Assembly: GCF_964355755.1 (NCBI RefSeq)
Contig: NC_092677.1
Span: 11,802,101 to 11,866,100, forward strand
Origin: Antedon mediterranea
Taxonomy: Eukaryota > Animalia > Echinodermata
Direction: 5' to 3'
Length of the DNA stretch: 64,000 bases
Made by a program: the position numbers and the translations under genes. Each line of letters opens with the position of its first letter. Positions within the stretch are counted from its first letter, which is position 1. Positions 37,568 through 52,500 of this stretch are shown piece after piece. The notes beneath the pieces are model-generated. The model was given only the letters and a program-made list of their open reading frames with translations. It searched no databases and was not told where the DNA came from.

Positions 37568-40500
37568 TGTTCTCCATTTACTTTCCTTTTTACTATTTTA
37601 AAATAACTACTGTCATGGACAGTCTCAATGGCATGATCAATCAGGCATGTGATTTATTATTTTCTATCCGCACAGATAACTACTGTAGGTGCAAAATAGA
37701 AAGTGCCTACAGACAACTATAAATTGAATGCACAGGCACTTCACCATACTTATAGCCTCATCCAACATACTAATCTACTGGCTGTTACTCAAAGGATTAT
37801 GTTAGCCAACTGATAAACCATTAGTCAAAAGAAGAGGAGATTAGTAAGGTGGGGTTTTTAGACGAATTATTTAACTTACAGTTGAACAAGCTGTTACTGG
37901 ACACGGTAACAGCTTACAGTTAACAGCACCATCCATGCAGACACATTGTTCACACCCCGTCTTCCAGACTGCATCAGGAGCATAAAACCTATTTGCATGT
38001 GAACATGTTCCATCTAAAATAAATTTAAAATATTACAATTATTATTATATAATGAGATGATGATTATAAAAAAGTTGTGTAAATAAATGCACATGCATGC
38101 TAAGAACACTATTTGAAACTCTGTCTACACTAATTAGTTTGACAAAAAAAGTACAATGTGCCCAAATATGGTAGTGATGAAATTATCCATATATTGGCAG
38201 ACATTTTTTTGTCACATGAATTTTGATAGTGTAGACAGAGCTTGAGTAGGGATCATTTTATAGTGTGGCAATCATAGGAGGTTTCTAGTAAACCATTTTT
38301 GTGTGTCAGCAAGAGAGGTTTTTACCAAGGCATCTAGAGCAACATTCTCCTTCTAGTGTGTATTGTTCTTCCTCATCACAACCTGGAATGGTGCACTGGG
38401 TTCTGGAGCATGTTATGTTTCCTTCCTGCAAAAGAACAACATCATAGATTAGTAGGTAAAGTAGGTTAATATTGTAGAGTGCTTTATCAAAGATTCATAT
38501 ATATATATATAATGTACTTTATTCATACAAAGCACAACAGACTAGATAATAATAACTTGTGTCTCCTAAGTGTCCCTATTGGATTCATTTAAATGCCTTA
38601 AAACAAACATATGTGTACAGAGTATAATATATGAGTGAAAGGAGGTCACAGTAAGTTCATTGAATGACAATGTTGCCACTAAATAGTGCTCATTCTGTCT
38701 ACAATGGGGGTGGGGGAATACTTAACTCTTAATAACATTGTCAATATAGTTTATTAGAGGATTTTTTTTAGAGATCTACTTTTATTTTTTCCTCCATGGT
38801 TTATACCCATGATAAAATACACTTACATTACAGACACAGGTTGTACACACATCAGCAATAGGTTTTACATATTCCTGATCTCTTAGCACTTTATTCTCAA
38901 ATATACAACTTGCCATATCACAGCTTGGACAGCACTGGTCAGGCAAGGTAATCTGGTGTTCTACTGGACAATCGAGTTCTTGGCATTCTTTTGCTTCGCA
39001 TCTCAAACTACCTCTCTGTAAATAAAATATAAACACTATTTATTGCATTTTCAAATCCACCCCCTAACTTTTTGTCTAAAGCATCTTGTGTATATGAATA
39101 TATATAAAGTACATAAATTACTGGTGTCTGTCACACAAAGTCAACTGAAGTTAGTCAATAGCAGCCTGATAACAAATGTGTATGTCTGTATTCACCTATT
39201 GCAACATATTGTGATATACAGTCAACTCTCCCAATACCCAACACTTTTGGGCTGACCAAAAAAAAAAAGTATGGTATTGGGAGAGTTTCTGGTTTCAGAC
39301 AGTCCGTTATTTAGGGAGTCGACTGTACTTACAACGCATGTACAAGTTGTACACATATCTTGTTCAAATGTTTGTCCATTCTGGTAAAACAATCCATTAT
39401 CTTCACAGTCGAATGTCCCTAACACCTGTGTTCCTAAAAATGGAATTTAAATTCAGTTATAATTTTAAAATGCACAAAGATAAAGTCTTTAAAAAATAGA
39501 AAATATATGTTTGATTTAAATTATAGAATGTAAAAGCCATTCTGTACTTACCTGGACACATTGGACAACAAGATGCTCTCTCTACGATCACTTCCTCTGG
39601 TGAACAGGCTATGGCTGGGCACACGATAGGAAGGCACTCCATGGCACCATCCTGACACAAACATTCCATACAGTCTGTGTTGTTAGGCTTAAACACCACA
39701 CCCTCTTGATAAACAACACCATCATGTTCACAGCCTACAGAAAGGAGCATATACAAACTTTAAACAGTGCTATATTGGAAATTAATAAATTCATAAATGA
39801 TGAAGATGAGGAAATCTGTTGGAATAAGATTATTTCTCCAACCCATGTCATATGTTATAGCTTCTTTCATAAGTTGTGTCAACTTGCATAAAAGATCAAT
39901 ATTATGTGTATCTCAACTTTTGTTCCCTAACATTATCAAATTGGTTTCCACTCACCATCACATACTGGACAGCATTGACCATCTTCCGGTAAAGCATTTC
40001 CACACTGGAATGGACATTGCTGCTGTTTACAAATTGTTTCTCCATCCTAGTAATAACAAAATAAAATACCAGATGAAACACCTACTTATAATGTACTTGT
40101 ATAACATTAGCGAGCATACTGTCTCACAAAGGCAGATAGTGTTACTAGTTGTAGCATAGTTGAAGCCGTATAAAGAAAAACTATAAACTTACGACACAAA
40201 TGCATGTTGTACACGGATCATCAGTCTTTGCCCATGTTTGTCCATGCGTGTATTCATTTCCTCCAGTATCTGTACATATTGGACATTGGTGGCAGCATTT
40301 TCCTGGAAGTTGAACAGTTACCGAGCAGCTAATTTCAGGGCATGTCTGCACACTGCATTCAACATTGCCATCCTAGATAATAAAAAAGTATGATTGTGAA
40401 TATATTTTAAAGTTTTATAGTTCAAAATGTTGTTTAATGGTATTATAGTCATTCAAAAGTGTTAATTCTTAACATTTAGTTTGTCTTAAGTACTTTGGTT

Positions 40501-43500
40501 ATACTTACCTGACAAACACACTCTGCGCATGGATCTGATTGTGGGGTAAAAGCCTCATTGTTGTCATACATCATATTTTCAAACATGCACATAGTGCAGT
40601 CAAGACAGCATTGACCTTCGACCTTTACACCATTGGAACAAACTGGTTGTGGACATGGGATTGGTAAGCAGCTGATTATTGTATCCTATGTAAAATAAGA
40701 TGATGTTTCAAGTATGTTACAAAAATATTTATAGGAATAACAAAGGAATGGTGTGGCTGGAGAACTGTGGAACAAGCTAGGGTATAGGACATGTGGACTG
40801 CAGCAAAAAACAGGGGAAGTATGGAGGAGAGAAGAACTAGGTATTCTCCAAGAGGAGAGAAGGAATTAATATGATAATGGCCACTACAAACTTCACTTAT
40901 GGCGATATATGTATAATTTATGAAGGAATACTAAACTAGATCCACCATGGTATACAGTAACATAGAAAATACACATACCAGGCAGGTGCATTCAATGCAG
41001 GAGTCTTCAGGTGTTGTCCAGGACTCTCCAGCTGTCACTTCTGTGCCATCTTCTAGTAAACATTCTGATTCTACAAAATGGAAACAAGGTAGAAATGTTC
41101 ACCCAAATATCTCAAGCAGGCTCATGGCTAGTAAAGGCATATTAAAGTTAAGTTTTCTTGCACAGATTGGATTACATTCAAGAACAAATAAACTGGAGAC
41201 TTACCTGCACAACGAGGGCAGCATTCACCTGGTATTGTCGTTGTGACTTGACAATTCAATACTGGACACCGTTCTCTTTCCAAGCATGTGACTGTTCCTT
41301 TCTGTAGAAAATCAATCAGAATTAGATAATAGTAAAAACTGCCAGTTTGAAGGGGTAAAATTGCATACTTTATATTGTTAATTTATTAACAAAAATGTGG
41401 ACTAAATTGAGGAGTGAAACTTACATTACAACTACACGTCCTACAAGCATCCAATGTGGGGTTAAATATTGAACCATCTTCTATAACCTCTCCTTTGTAC
41501 AGACAATCATGGCATATAGGGCAGCATTCGCCCTTTGGTTGATAAGGATGGGAACAAATGGTATTGCAACTGATTGGTTCGCACACAGAATCTCCATCTA
41601 AGCAGATACACTGGTCACAATGCTCATACACAGATCGGAATTGGTCACCTGTGTGATAGCCTCTTCCAAAGTACAAACAACCTTCATAAAAAGCAAATAA
41701 TAAAGTGATCAAACCAATATATACATCTAGAATCAAATTTACAGTTACAGTATTACACTATAATATCATTTTTATAACAGAACACAATTAGTTTACAAAT
41801 CTAGCACTAGTCAGGATTGAACCCTGGACATTTGGATTGGAAGGCAAGCATGTTAACCACCAAGTTACAGTCCTATTACTTTTTGATTCGCAATACACGT
41901 TATCATGACCCTAGCACATTTTTTAGGAAAAACTGCATCTGAATTGTAACCAAAATTTGGCTGCAGTAGTCCATGATGAATTCCTGGTAAGTGATCTGCT
42001 GATGCGTAGTATATGCAATCCTATAATTTTTCTTTTATATGGCTGTTATTAATTAGTTAATTATAATATTATAAAATGTATATGGAACATACCATTACAG
42101 ACAGGGCAGCATTCGCCTTCTATTTGTACAGGATTATCGCAGGAAATATCACACTGTTGCTTGTTACACTGAATACTGGTGTCATTCTGAAAGAAAGGAG
42201 TTGTAAGACAATTATTGAATACAAATAAATTAAAGATCCCTGCAGCTCCCATTGAAAGCCACAAATATCAAAGTGGAGGTGTAGCTTGGTGGTCAACATG
42301 CTTGCCTTCTAACCCTAAGGTCCAGGTGACCAAATGCCAGGGATGAAACACACAACTGTTCCTACACTCCATCCAATGCCAATGAGACTTACATCATAAG
42401 CATGATATAGTTTATCCATCCTGTAAATGGTGTGTGATGTGCCCAAATATGGCAGTGATGTGCCCAAATATGGTAGTGATATGCCCAAATATGGTAGTGA
42501 TATGACAGCATTATGTCCATATATGGGCACATCACAATAATTTTATTTTTTTGTCACATAAAGTTTGATAATGTAGACAGAGCTTTAGAAATAAATAAAC
42601 ACTCACCATACAGGTACAAGTTGTGCATGGGTCATCTGACCACATTGCTCCAAATCTTCGAAGTCTGCCCTCAGTATCCAAACATCCAGGCAATACATCT
42701 GTACAAGTTGGACAGCACTGACCGGGTAAATGTACTTGACGTCCATTTTCACATGTTAGTGCTGGGCATGTACGTCTACGGCATCGTACAACTCCCTCCT
42801 ATCAATTTAAAGTAAGATTAATTGTTAAAATATAATTGTGTGTAAAATGTATGTACTACAGTATTCTTTATGCTTTACATTTTTTATTTATACTAAGCAA
42901 TTTGGTGTTTTTATTTATTATGATACACAAATATTAAAGAAAAAACCATTATTTTCAATTATAAACCAAATAGACCACCACTAACTCTACAAAGCAGTCT
43001 CCTATCAGGTATGAGCTGAGTGAAAGAAAACCTGCTTTTACAGAAATATTTACATAAATACATTTTTTTAGGGTTATATGTTTAAAGCATTATGATTATT
43101 TTGTATCCCATTTCATTATCATACTTTTTGTATTTGTATTTTATTTTTATATTTATTTGAAAAATGCTGATAAATAAATCAACATACATTGCATGTACAG
43201 ACTGAGCAGTTTCTATCTACAGGATCAAACACCTCTCCATCCTTATATTCAATACCATCGATGAAACAGTTGTCTAAAAATGAAACAATAAAACATGTAA
43301 CCAATAGAACGAATAAAGATTTGTTAAGCACACATATCTACCAAAGTGCTCAATGCATTTGTGGAAACCAAAGAAAAATAAACAAAATAAAAAAAACCAG
43401 CATAACTGCATTCCATATACCAGCAATTTTAAGTGTACCATTATTACCTTTTTAACGGAATATTAAAAACAAGTACAGTATTGTGTAATGCATTGGATGG

Positions 43501-46500
43501 AAACTAATCATTGCATTTACACTTACACAAGCCTGTCATAATTCTACATTTTATATAAGCTTACTTTGGAATATATAGTAACTCCTCTTCTTCACACATA
43601 ATATTATGAATGCAAGTGTAATTAACCTCTCTAAATTTCACTTATGTGAGGTGTTTTTAAAGAAGTGAGGGCCACAATCAATCCGAATTTGCATAATCCA
43701 TAGTTATCGAATACAACAATAAAAACATTAGAATATACATACCATCACATGTAAGGCAGCATTTGCCTTCTGTTGGTTTGCTACATGTAACATTTGGACA
43801 GATTACTTCTGAGCACTCTACATTGCCATCCTGTTAACAAAAAATATTAAATAATATCAGGTAAAAATTATATTTGACTTGATTTTGTGGTAAAATAAAC
43901 TGAAATGAACTTACCATGCAAGAACATTCCCTACATACATCGTCAGGTGGTGAAAATATAGACTTATTTGGTATCAAAATTCCAGTATAAAGACAATCTT
44001 TAAAAACAAACAAAATATTTGTACTTTTCCACCTAGAAGTTGGTAAAACCCACAATTCCAAACTCTATAGTTTGTTCCCCTAATTAAAAGTGGTCAATGA
44101 CACTATTTTTGCTAGAACACCCAGTGCACAACATTCCGTCTAATGTCAGATTATGATGGATTTATTTCACACAAAAACATGTTTGTAATTCTTAAGTTTG
44201 AAGGTCTATCTTACCATTACATTCTGGACAACAGCGTCCAGTCACAGGGTTAGAACATGTTGGTTCTGGACAAACTTGACGATCACAGCGTATTACGCTG
44301 CTGTTACAAGTGCACAATGAGCAAGAGTCTATATCAGGTGACCATGTATCACCATGCTGGTAAGTGTAACCATTCTGATGACATTCTGGAATAACAACAT
44401 TAATGAGTCAAGTGGCTAAGCATAGGCAGGTGCGTGAAAACCCATAGCCACAAAGCGGCACAAGTCATATGCTTTTCTCTACCATAGTTTCAGACATGAA
44501 ACTGGTCCAGTGTAAACATCTGTAGTGTAGGAGGTTAACCTTGGGTAATTATCTTGGTGTACTGAAACTAATATCTCAGCCACTGTTGAATGATGATGAA
44601 TGTACGATGGTAAATGAAAGTTATCTATTATTACATACTTTCCATTTCCATGACCAAACTAAGATTTAACTTACCTAAGTTTTGTTGGCATGGTTTTTGT
44701 TCACAAATTGTTTTACCCAAACTACAATGGCAGGATGTACATGAGTCCATCTCCCAGACTGCATCATGCCTGTAAAGTCTTCCTTCATACAGACAACCTT
44801 TGAATGTACATATACATTGATTATGATTATATAACTTACAAAGTGTATGATCAAATTTATTTATGAAAATAAAATGATAAAAGGTGCTCATACCTTGAGG
44901 TACACATGTCTTATCTCTGAGTTGCATGAGATATCCTGGTCTACAGTAACATGTATAGGATCCAATAGTATTGACACACACCTGATCACAGCCATGCTCA
45001 CCAGCACATTCATCTTTATCTGTAATATTGTAAATAATAATAATAACATTCCATCTTACATGGTACTGTAATACCTAATGGGCGAAGGAAAGTCAGTCAT
45101 CCTAGAACTACTTAGAGAAGGAAAGAAAAGAATTTGGTAGGAAATCTTGGAACAAAGCCAAATGGTTGTCAGAAATAGAGGGAGCTGGAAAAGAGTCTAC
45201 TTCAACCTTTTGGACCACAGGGTCCAAAGAAGATAGATGGTCATGGTGATAACTGACATATTTTCAATAACTAGTCACCTGTACACTCATTGCCAGGTCC
45301 TTGTTCATAACCATCTGTACAGCCGCAGTGGAAGCTGCCTATTGTGTTGACACAGTCACCAGGACAGATCTCAGAGTTTATTAAGCATTCATTGATATCT
45401 GCCACAAATACAAAAAATGACAGTTTAATGATATTGGTTAAAACTAATTTTAACAGAACATAAAAAAGGATGATACTGGCAGACTGTAGGATGGTAGATA
45501 TGATGGGATTAAAGAGTTCAAATCCAGTCTCGTATTTAAGGATTAAAATAACTCTAGACATTAAGACTAGTTTACAATCATCATGTGTCGATTGCCTTCC
45601 ATGAGACTTTCGTATTTGGCAATCTGAATAAAATAAGGGCCAGAAAAAGATGAAGTACCTTCATCACAATATTGACCATTGAATCCTGGTGGACAGGTGC
45701 ACACTCCATCTATACACTTGCTATTGTTCTCACATGCTGGACTACATAGTTCTAAAAGTATACAAAACAATCAAAGAATGATTCAATATCTCCAGTATCA
45801 TCATATACAGAAAAAGGGCAGGATTAATGATGAAAAAAGAAAGGTTTATATTCCAAGATGATGATTATGATCACAATTGAGTGGTAATAATAATGACAAA
45901 ATATCACTGTAAAATATGGTGATAATGTCGACTTAAAGAATGTTGATTGTTCATTATTATATTATTATTGATAAATTGATAATGAAAAAAATGATAATAA
46001 TGGTGATGACAAGATGGTGTTGAAATGAAAATTGTAAAAGATGGTGATGATAGTGTTATTGAATGTACTCACCATGTTCACATGCAAGTCCAGTGTAACC
46101 AAATGGACACAGACAGATGCCTTGTTGACATGTTGCTCCATTCTCACAGTATGGATTACATATGTCATCCTCTATAAAAAGTTAAGAAATAATGATGTTG
46201 CTATATTTACACAATAGTTGATAGGACAAACTCTTACTTGCACTCTTAACTATCACTGTTCTATATATAAGATATTATTGCTAGACTTTAAGAAGGTAAA
46301 TGTGGTCAGTTCGAGCAATGAAGAACATTGACATAGAGTGTAATGTATATCATATTTCTAAAATTAATTAACAGTTACATTATGAATCTCAATAGCCAAA
46401 CAAAAGCTGTGGTAATTTCTATAAGCACTATCTATATAAATAAATAACTTCTTTCAACAAAATGTTACCATACTGACGCACATATACTATTTGAAACCAC

Positions 46501-49500
46501 TTTGCATAGAATTATTCTTTGAGTGAGCTTCAATACCCCAGTATCTCTAGAGTATTATATCTACCCCAATGTGGGCTTGTACTGAGAGGTGGCTTTTATC
46601 TCAGGGTGCGCATATGTACCTACATCAGTAAGGAAACAAACAACCTATAACTATGCTGTCTACTTTACCTGCAAGCTCACAAAGTTCACCATAATATCCT
46701 GGAGGGCAGGTACAAGCTCCATTTTCACATACACCATGATTAGTACACTCCTTAGTACAGAGTAGGCCTAAGATTGTGATTGAAACAGCAAGCGCAAATG
46801 TAATAAAACAAATACATGCAGTAAAACTATAGCTAAAGAATTATTACAAAATTGTACTAGATCTGCTGACTAATTTTACTTCACAAATATGTACATACAT
46901 TGACAATGACATGCAAAAATATAAAAGCAGTTATAATAATCAAGTAATCTAAAACTATTAGATGAGGTACTAAATATTTAAAGCTGGCTATTTTTGGCAA
47001 TAGCAATTGGGGCCAGTCTACAATAACTATCTGCCTAAATTCTTAAATAACAGGAGCATTCTATTTATGACAATGTCCAATCCAGCGTTAGGTCATGTCA
47101 ATTCATTGGGCACATGGGCATGCTTCCTCACTGGCAATCTAACAGGATGCTGAGCTTCAACGATCAAAGGGTGTATCTGTGGCTGTGACACAATCAGTTC
47201 CACGTTCTTCGATGCACAGAATATGTACATAGTACAGTAGTGTTGATAAATGTCGCAGTCCGACATAAGATCAAAGGAATGTTATGAGTTCCTATCTTGT
47301 CAAGGTGAGCTCAGTGTCCTGTTGTTAGATTGCCTTGGTCCAAGCAATGACCAACGACACATCAATGTTGTCATAAATGGAAAGCTCCCTATTTAAACAT
47401 TCCAACAAAATGTGAGTAGCAGTAATGGATGTTGGGGAACCAGAAGTTGATTTCATCAGTGGCAATCTATGATTAGCTCATGTTGTATTAGTTGACAGTG
47501 TTTTTCAACTACTGTGTACTCACCTAGAGAAACAATGCGTATGGTCTTGGTTAGTGGTCCAGCAACACAGGTGTAAGTGCCAACATCTCCTTGGCTAAAT
47601 CCATTTATGACAAGGTTTGTTTCAAAGTCTGTTAGTTGTTCCAAGTATACACGATCATCTTCATCGGCTTTAAACAAATTAAAGTGTAAGAATATACAAA
47701 ATACATTCCTAAAGTCTGTGTATCTTCAGATATGTACACAGAGTTACAACCGTTCTTTGAAGATACCTCTATTTGGAGGGAACACCTATAAGGGGTACTT
47801 TTTGTTTGAACACCACGTCCAAACTCTATAATATTCAGGAGACAGTTTATTGCGTCGCAAAGGTGTCTCCTTAGTAGGGATTGGGTTTACTGTAATTATA
47901 TATTCTACCGCCACTAAACGACAATCATTCAGAATTTAAACAAGCTTGAATTTAAAATGAATACACCTTACCGGTGACTCTAGTAGGTAGGCGACCATTA
48001 GGTCCTATCCAGTAAGGATCGATTGGTGCATCTGGGCCGACTGATTCACAGTTGATCAATGTATTTACTCCTTCCATTAGGACATGCTGGTCATCCGGAA
48101 AGATTACAAGAGCAGCAGTAGTCTCAACTAAATGAAAAGGGAGAAAAATATTAATTTATTTAGTAATAGATAACTCTTTTCACCTGAGAGTTGTACAGTT
48201 GAAAATCACTTTATCTTTAACATGAATTCACAAAGGGTTGGCACTAAAATATATTTCTTTTTATTCCAGTCCATTCAGGCAGCGCTTGTCTGCTTTATAA
48301 TCTCAATTATTACCTCCGCCAAGGAGGTTATGTTTTCACCCCTGTATGTTTGTGTGTGTGTTTGTGTGTGTGTTTGTGTGTTTGTGTGTGTGTCTGTGAA
48401 CAGCCTGGAGGCCACAGTTTTTATCCGATTCTAACCAAATTTGGACACAATGATCTATGCCCAAAAAGCTCGGACGAGTTCGAATTTGAGGGGGAAAGGT
48501 CATAGGTCAAGGTCACAACTAACAAAAAACTATTTTACTGTCTAGAGACCACAGTTTTGATCCGATTCTCACCAAACTTAGCCACAATGATCAATGACAC
48601 ATCATATAATTGTGGTTACATTTTGAAGGGTCAGGGTCAAAGATCAAGGTCCACCAAAAAAAAAAAAAATAAAAAATAAAAAAATTATTAAAAAAAAAAA
48701 AACCCTCAGTGGGGCTTGAACCAGCGACCTCAACTGTGAGAGGCTGGATACATAACCATTACACCACACTGTCATCCACAACTTTGTAGTGTGCAGTTAA
48801 CATATTTACACTTAGAACTAATAAAAAAAAATGTTAAAAAAAAATATTCAGGGGGCATTTTATGTAGAGGAATTTTACAGTAGGCGGAGGTTTGTACTCT
48901 CGGAGTACCCTCTAGTTCTACTTGTATCTCCATTGGAATCCAGCTACTGATACTCACATATTTAGTAACTTGCCTTTGCATAAATAAGTAAATAAATGGA
49001 TTACCTTTCTTCTGACAATAAGAACCCTCATGTGTAGGTGAGCAAATGCACATTCCATTAAAACATGTTCCTCCATTTTCACAGCTTGGTTCACAAACAC
49101 CGTCTTTGAAAAAGATTGAATCAGTTTACAGAAGATTGAATCAGTTTACATAAGATTGAATCAGTTTACATAAGATTGAATCAGTTTACATAAGATTGAA
49201 TCAGTTTACATAAGATTGAATCAGTTTACATAAGATTGAATCAGTTTACATAAGATTGAATCAGTTTACATAAGATTGAATCAGTTTACAAAAGATTGAA
49301 AGAGTTTATATAAGATTGAATCAGTTTACATAAGATTGAATCAGTTTACATAAGATTGAATCAGTTTATATAAGATTGAATCAGTTTACATAAGATTAAA
49401 TTTAGTTTACATACAGCAAAGGGGTAACCTAATGGTTCTGATTGTAATAAAGTTTACCTCTGGCTTTGAAATAGATAAAAATATATATATAATACCAACA

Positions 49501-52500
49501 TTACAGTTTACAAATAGTAGTAGTACAGATATTAATAATGATGATTAATATGATAACAATTAAATGGAGTTTACCAATCAATTCACAGAATTCTCCAAAA
49601 AATCCAGTTGGACAGTAACATCGGCCAAAGCTACAGGTTCCTCCATTTTGACAGGTTTCAGGACAATCAACAACTAAAAAAAACATACATGGTTTTAATA
49701 ATTAGACCACATTCTGTCACTACTATCAAATATTTATTCTGAGCAAGATGAATTTAATAAAGACTTCCTAACCTCTTCTTTGACATGAGATGCCAACATA
49801 TCCAGCTCGGCAGCGACAGATGGAATTTACACAGCGCCCTCCATTCTCACAAGGCAAGCGACACTCTGAAATGCACAAACAGTTTGAAAAAAACTACTCA
49901 GTGAAAAGCTCTAACTGTCCAATTACAAATGTTTCTTACATCTAGCATGTGATTGTACTGTAGATACTGATGGTTAAATAAAAAAAAAAAAAAAACTCAC
50001 CAGATACTTGGCATCTAGAACCACCAAAGCCTGGAGGACAAGTACATTCTCCATTCTCACAATGACCTCCATTGAAGCAATCACACTCTGCTACTGTAAA
50101 ATCAATGACAATTTTAATATGACTATATATAAACAACCCAAGCTATGTAGTTATTGCAGTGTTTTATTGTTACTTCATAATTACACAATTTGAAGTTGCA
50201 TACTTGCAGATTTCGTGGTGAAATATTTATGAACCTTTACACAAACTTATCAGGGTAAAATTTAGTTATACATTCTACTGTAATATACTAATCCTTAACA
50301 CGAAGGTAAAATAAATGATATGATCAACATACCTTTAAGGTCTACTTTAAGTGTTGCTTGTACATTGCCTGATATGCACTGGTAAAAGCCATCGTCACTT
50401 AGTTGAACTTCATTGATAACCAAATTACTAACACTCGATGATCTAACTTCCACACGTACACGTTCAGATCCTGAATATAATTTAAATCAAGTTAAAACTA
50501 CTAAATGTAGTCAAACCATTAAACATTTGTTTTATATTAAGCTGTGCGAATTTGTTTATCTCAAAAAGCAGTATAACATTTTTTCAACCTCAAGTTTTAA
50601 AAAACAAGACAAATACTGAAAGCAAGATTAGGCCCGACTGGATACAATACATAGGCACAAAGATTTTGCATTTTTTCCATAAAGACATTTATTTTTGCAG
50701 GGCCGTTTCTTTCTCTTAATGTAAATTACCTGATGCATATATTGGTTGGCCATCTGGTGCAATCCAACGTGGAGGTTGACTCGACAGAGTCTCATTAGCT
50801 ATGCATGACCACTCCATATACTTGCCCACTTTGAGATCTTCAACTGATTTTATCAAAACACCCATTGGTAATATGCTCTCACATGAAGGTCCGGCAAATC
50901 CAGAGGGACATATGCATGCATCGTCATGGCAGTATCCGCCATTCATACATGAAATTGGACAATCTATAGTTATAAACGGAGCAGTGTAGTAATTTTATTA
51001 GGTGTAGTAATTTAATTGGGTGTAGTAATCAATAACTCATTGTCAGAACTCCAACTAGGATAGTGCTATCCTTTTTTACACTAGGTTGTTATGCTATAAT
51101 CACTGTTACTTAAACAATTAACTTCAACTGTTAAGGCAAAAAAAAACAAGGGATCCTTATGAGTTGGTCCAGTGGCGTAACGACTAGGAGCGCTCACTGC
51201 CTAAACCCAGAGGCCCCAGAGCATAAACAGTCCAATGCCACTACCCAGCGTTGGAGGGCCCCTTGGGAGTGCTAAAACAGGGGCCTTTGCATTATGCCAC
51301 TGAGTTAGTTATACGAAAACCTGAACTGCTTCACTAATATTTTCAAAATATGTTCAGTCTATAGCTTCCCGGATGAGAATAAGAATTTGATTTTCAAACT
51401 TATCAAGTGCAATATTCTGACCAGAACCATAAGATAATGTACAGTATAATACATGCATGCATGTCCATATATAGGAAAATCACATTTGTTGTCACATAAA
51501 GTTTGATAGTGTAGACAGACATTTAGTTAAGATAAAAAGATTGCATTCACAATAAATGCATTCCGTTAAAATGCATCTAAGGGTCATTATTTAAGGGCCA
51601 CTAGCCTAATTCAATTTTTGTTTAAATGCATTCCAGAAAAAATAATAACAATATACTTGAAAAAATTAGAATAAGTTTCAATCACATAGATTAAAAGAAA
51701 TAAGTTCATTCAACAAATAAAATTGTGAATATGCAAACAGGCAGTATGCAAATAAGGGCACAAGAGATTTGCATACAATAAGTACCTGCACTTCTTTTGC
51801 GTCTGTTAGCTGTAGAATATTAAAATTGATATCAGAAACAATAATAACAAATGTATTGATATGAACATATACTGTATCAATTGTTGTTGTTAAGGCTTAA
51901 ATGTTATTATTATAATGTTGTTTTTTTTTAAACCAAAAATATACAAATTATAAAAGAAATAATATATATTATAATAAAAAAATATCATATATTCATTTAA
52001 TAAATTTTATAATTAATGACAATACTATGGCAAACGTAATTTACCTTCGATTTCACATTCTAGGCCACTATAGCCTGGTTGACAATCACAAACACCATTG
52101 ACACACTGTCCAGCATTTTGGCAAGGCTTGGCACACTGCAGTTCTGTGAAATGTAATGATTTTTAACAATCAAATATTCAGGCTATTATTAAAAGTATAG
52201 AATATGTATAGTCCTCCAAAAACATGAAAAATGTAGATTAATAAAAAAATACTTTGAATAGTTTTAAACACTTCTCTAGAAAAAAGAAATATTGTTTTTA
52301 CTAAAAAAAGACAAAATAAACAGTTAAATTCAACCAAAAACCATTTACTTCCAGACAATTTGACTATTTGTTCAGGTAAATATTTTTTTTTCCTCTATTT
52401 ATTTCTTTTATTTTTGGTCATAGTGAATAACTATTATGAGCCACTAAAATGCAATATTTAACACAGACATTAAACAAATGGTTTTTTTTTCAGGGTACAG

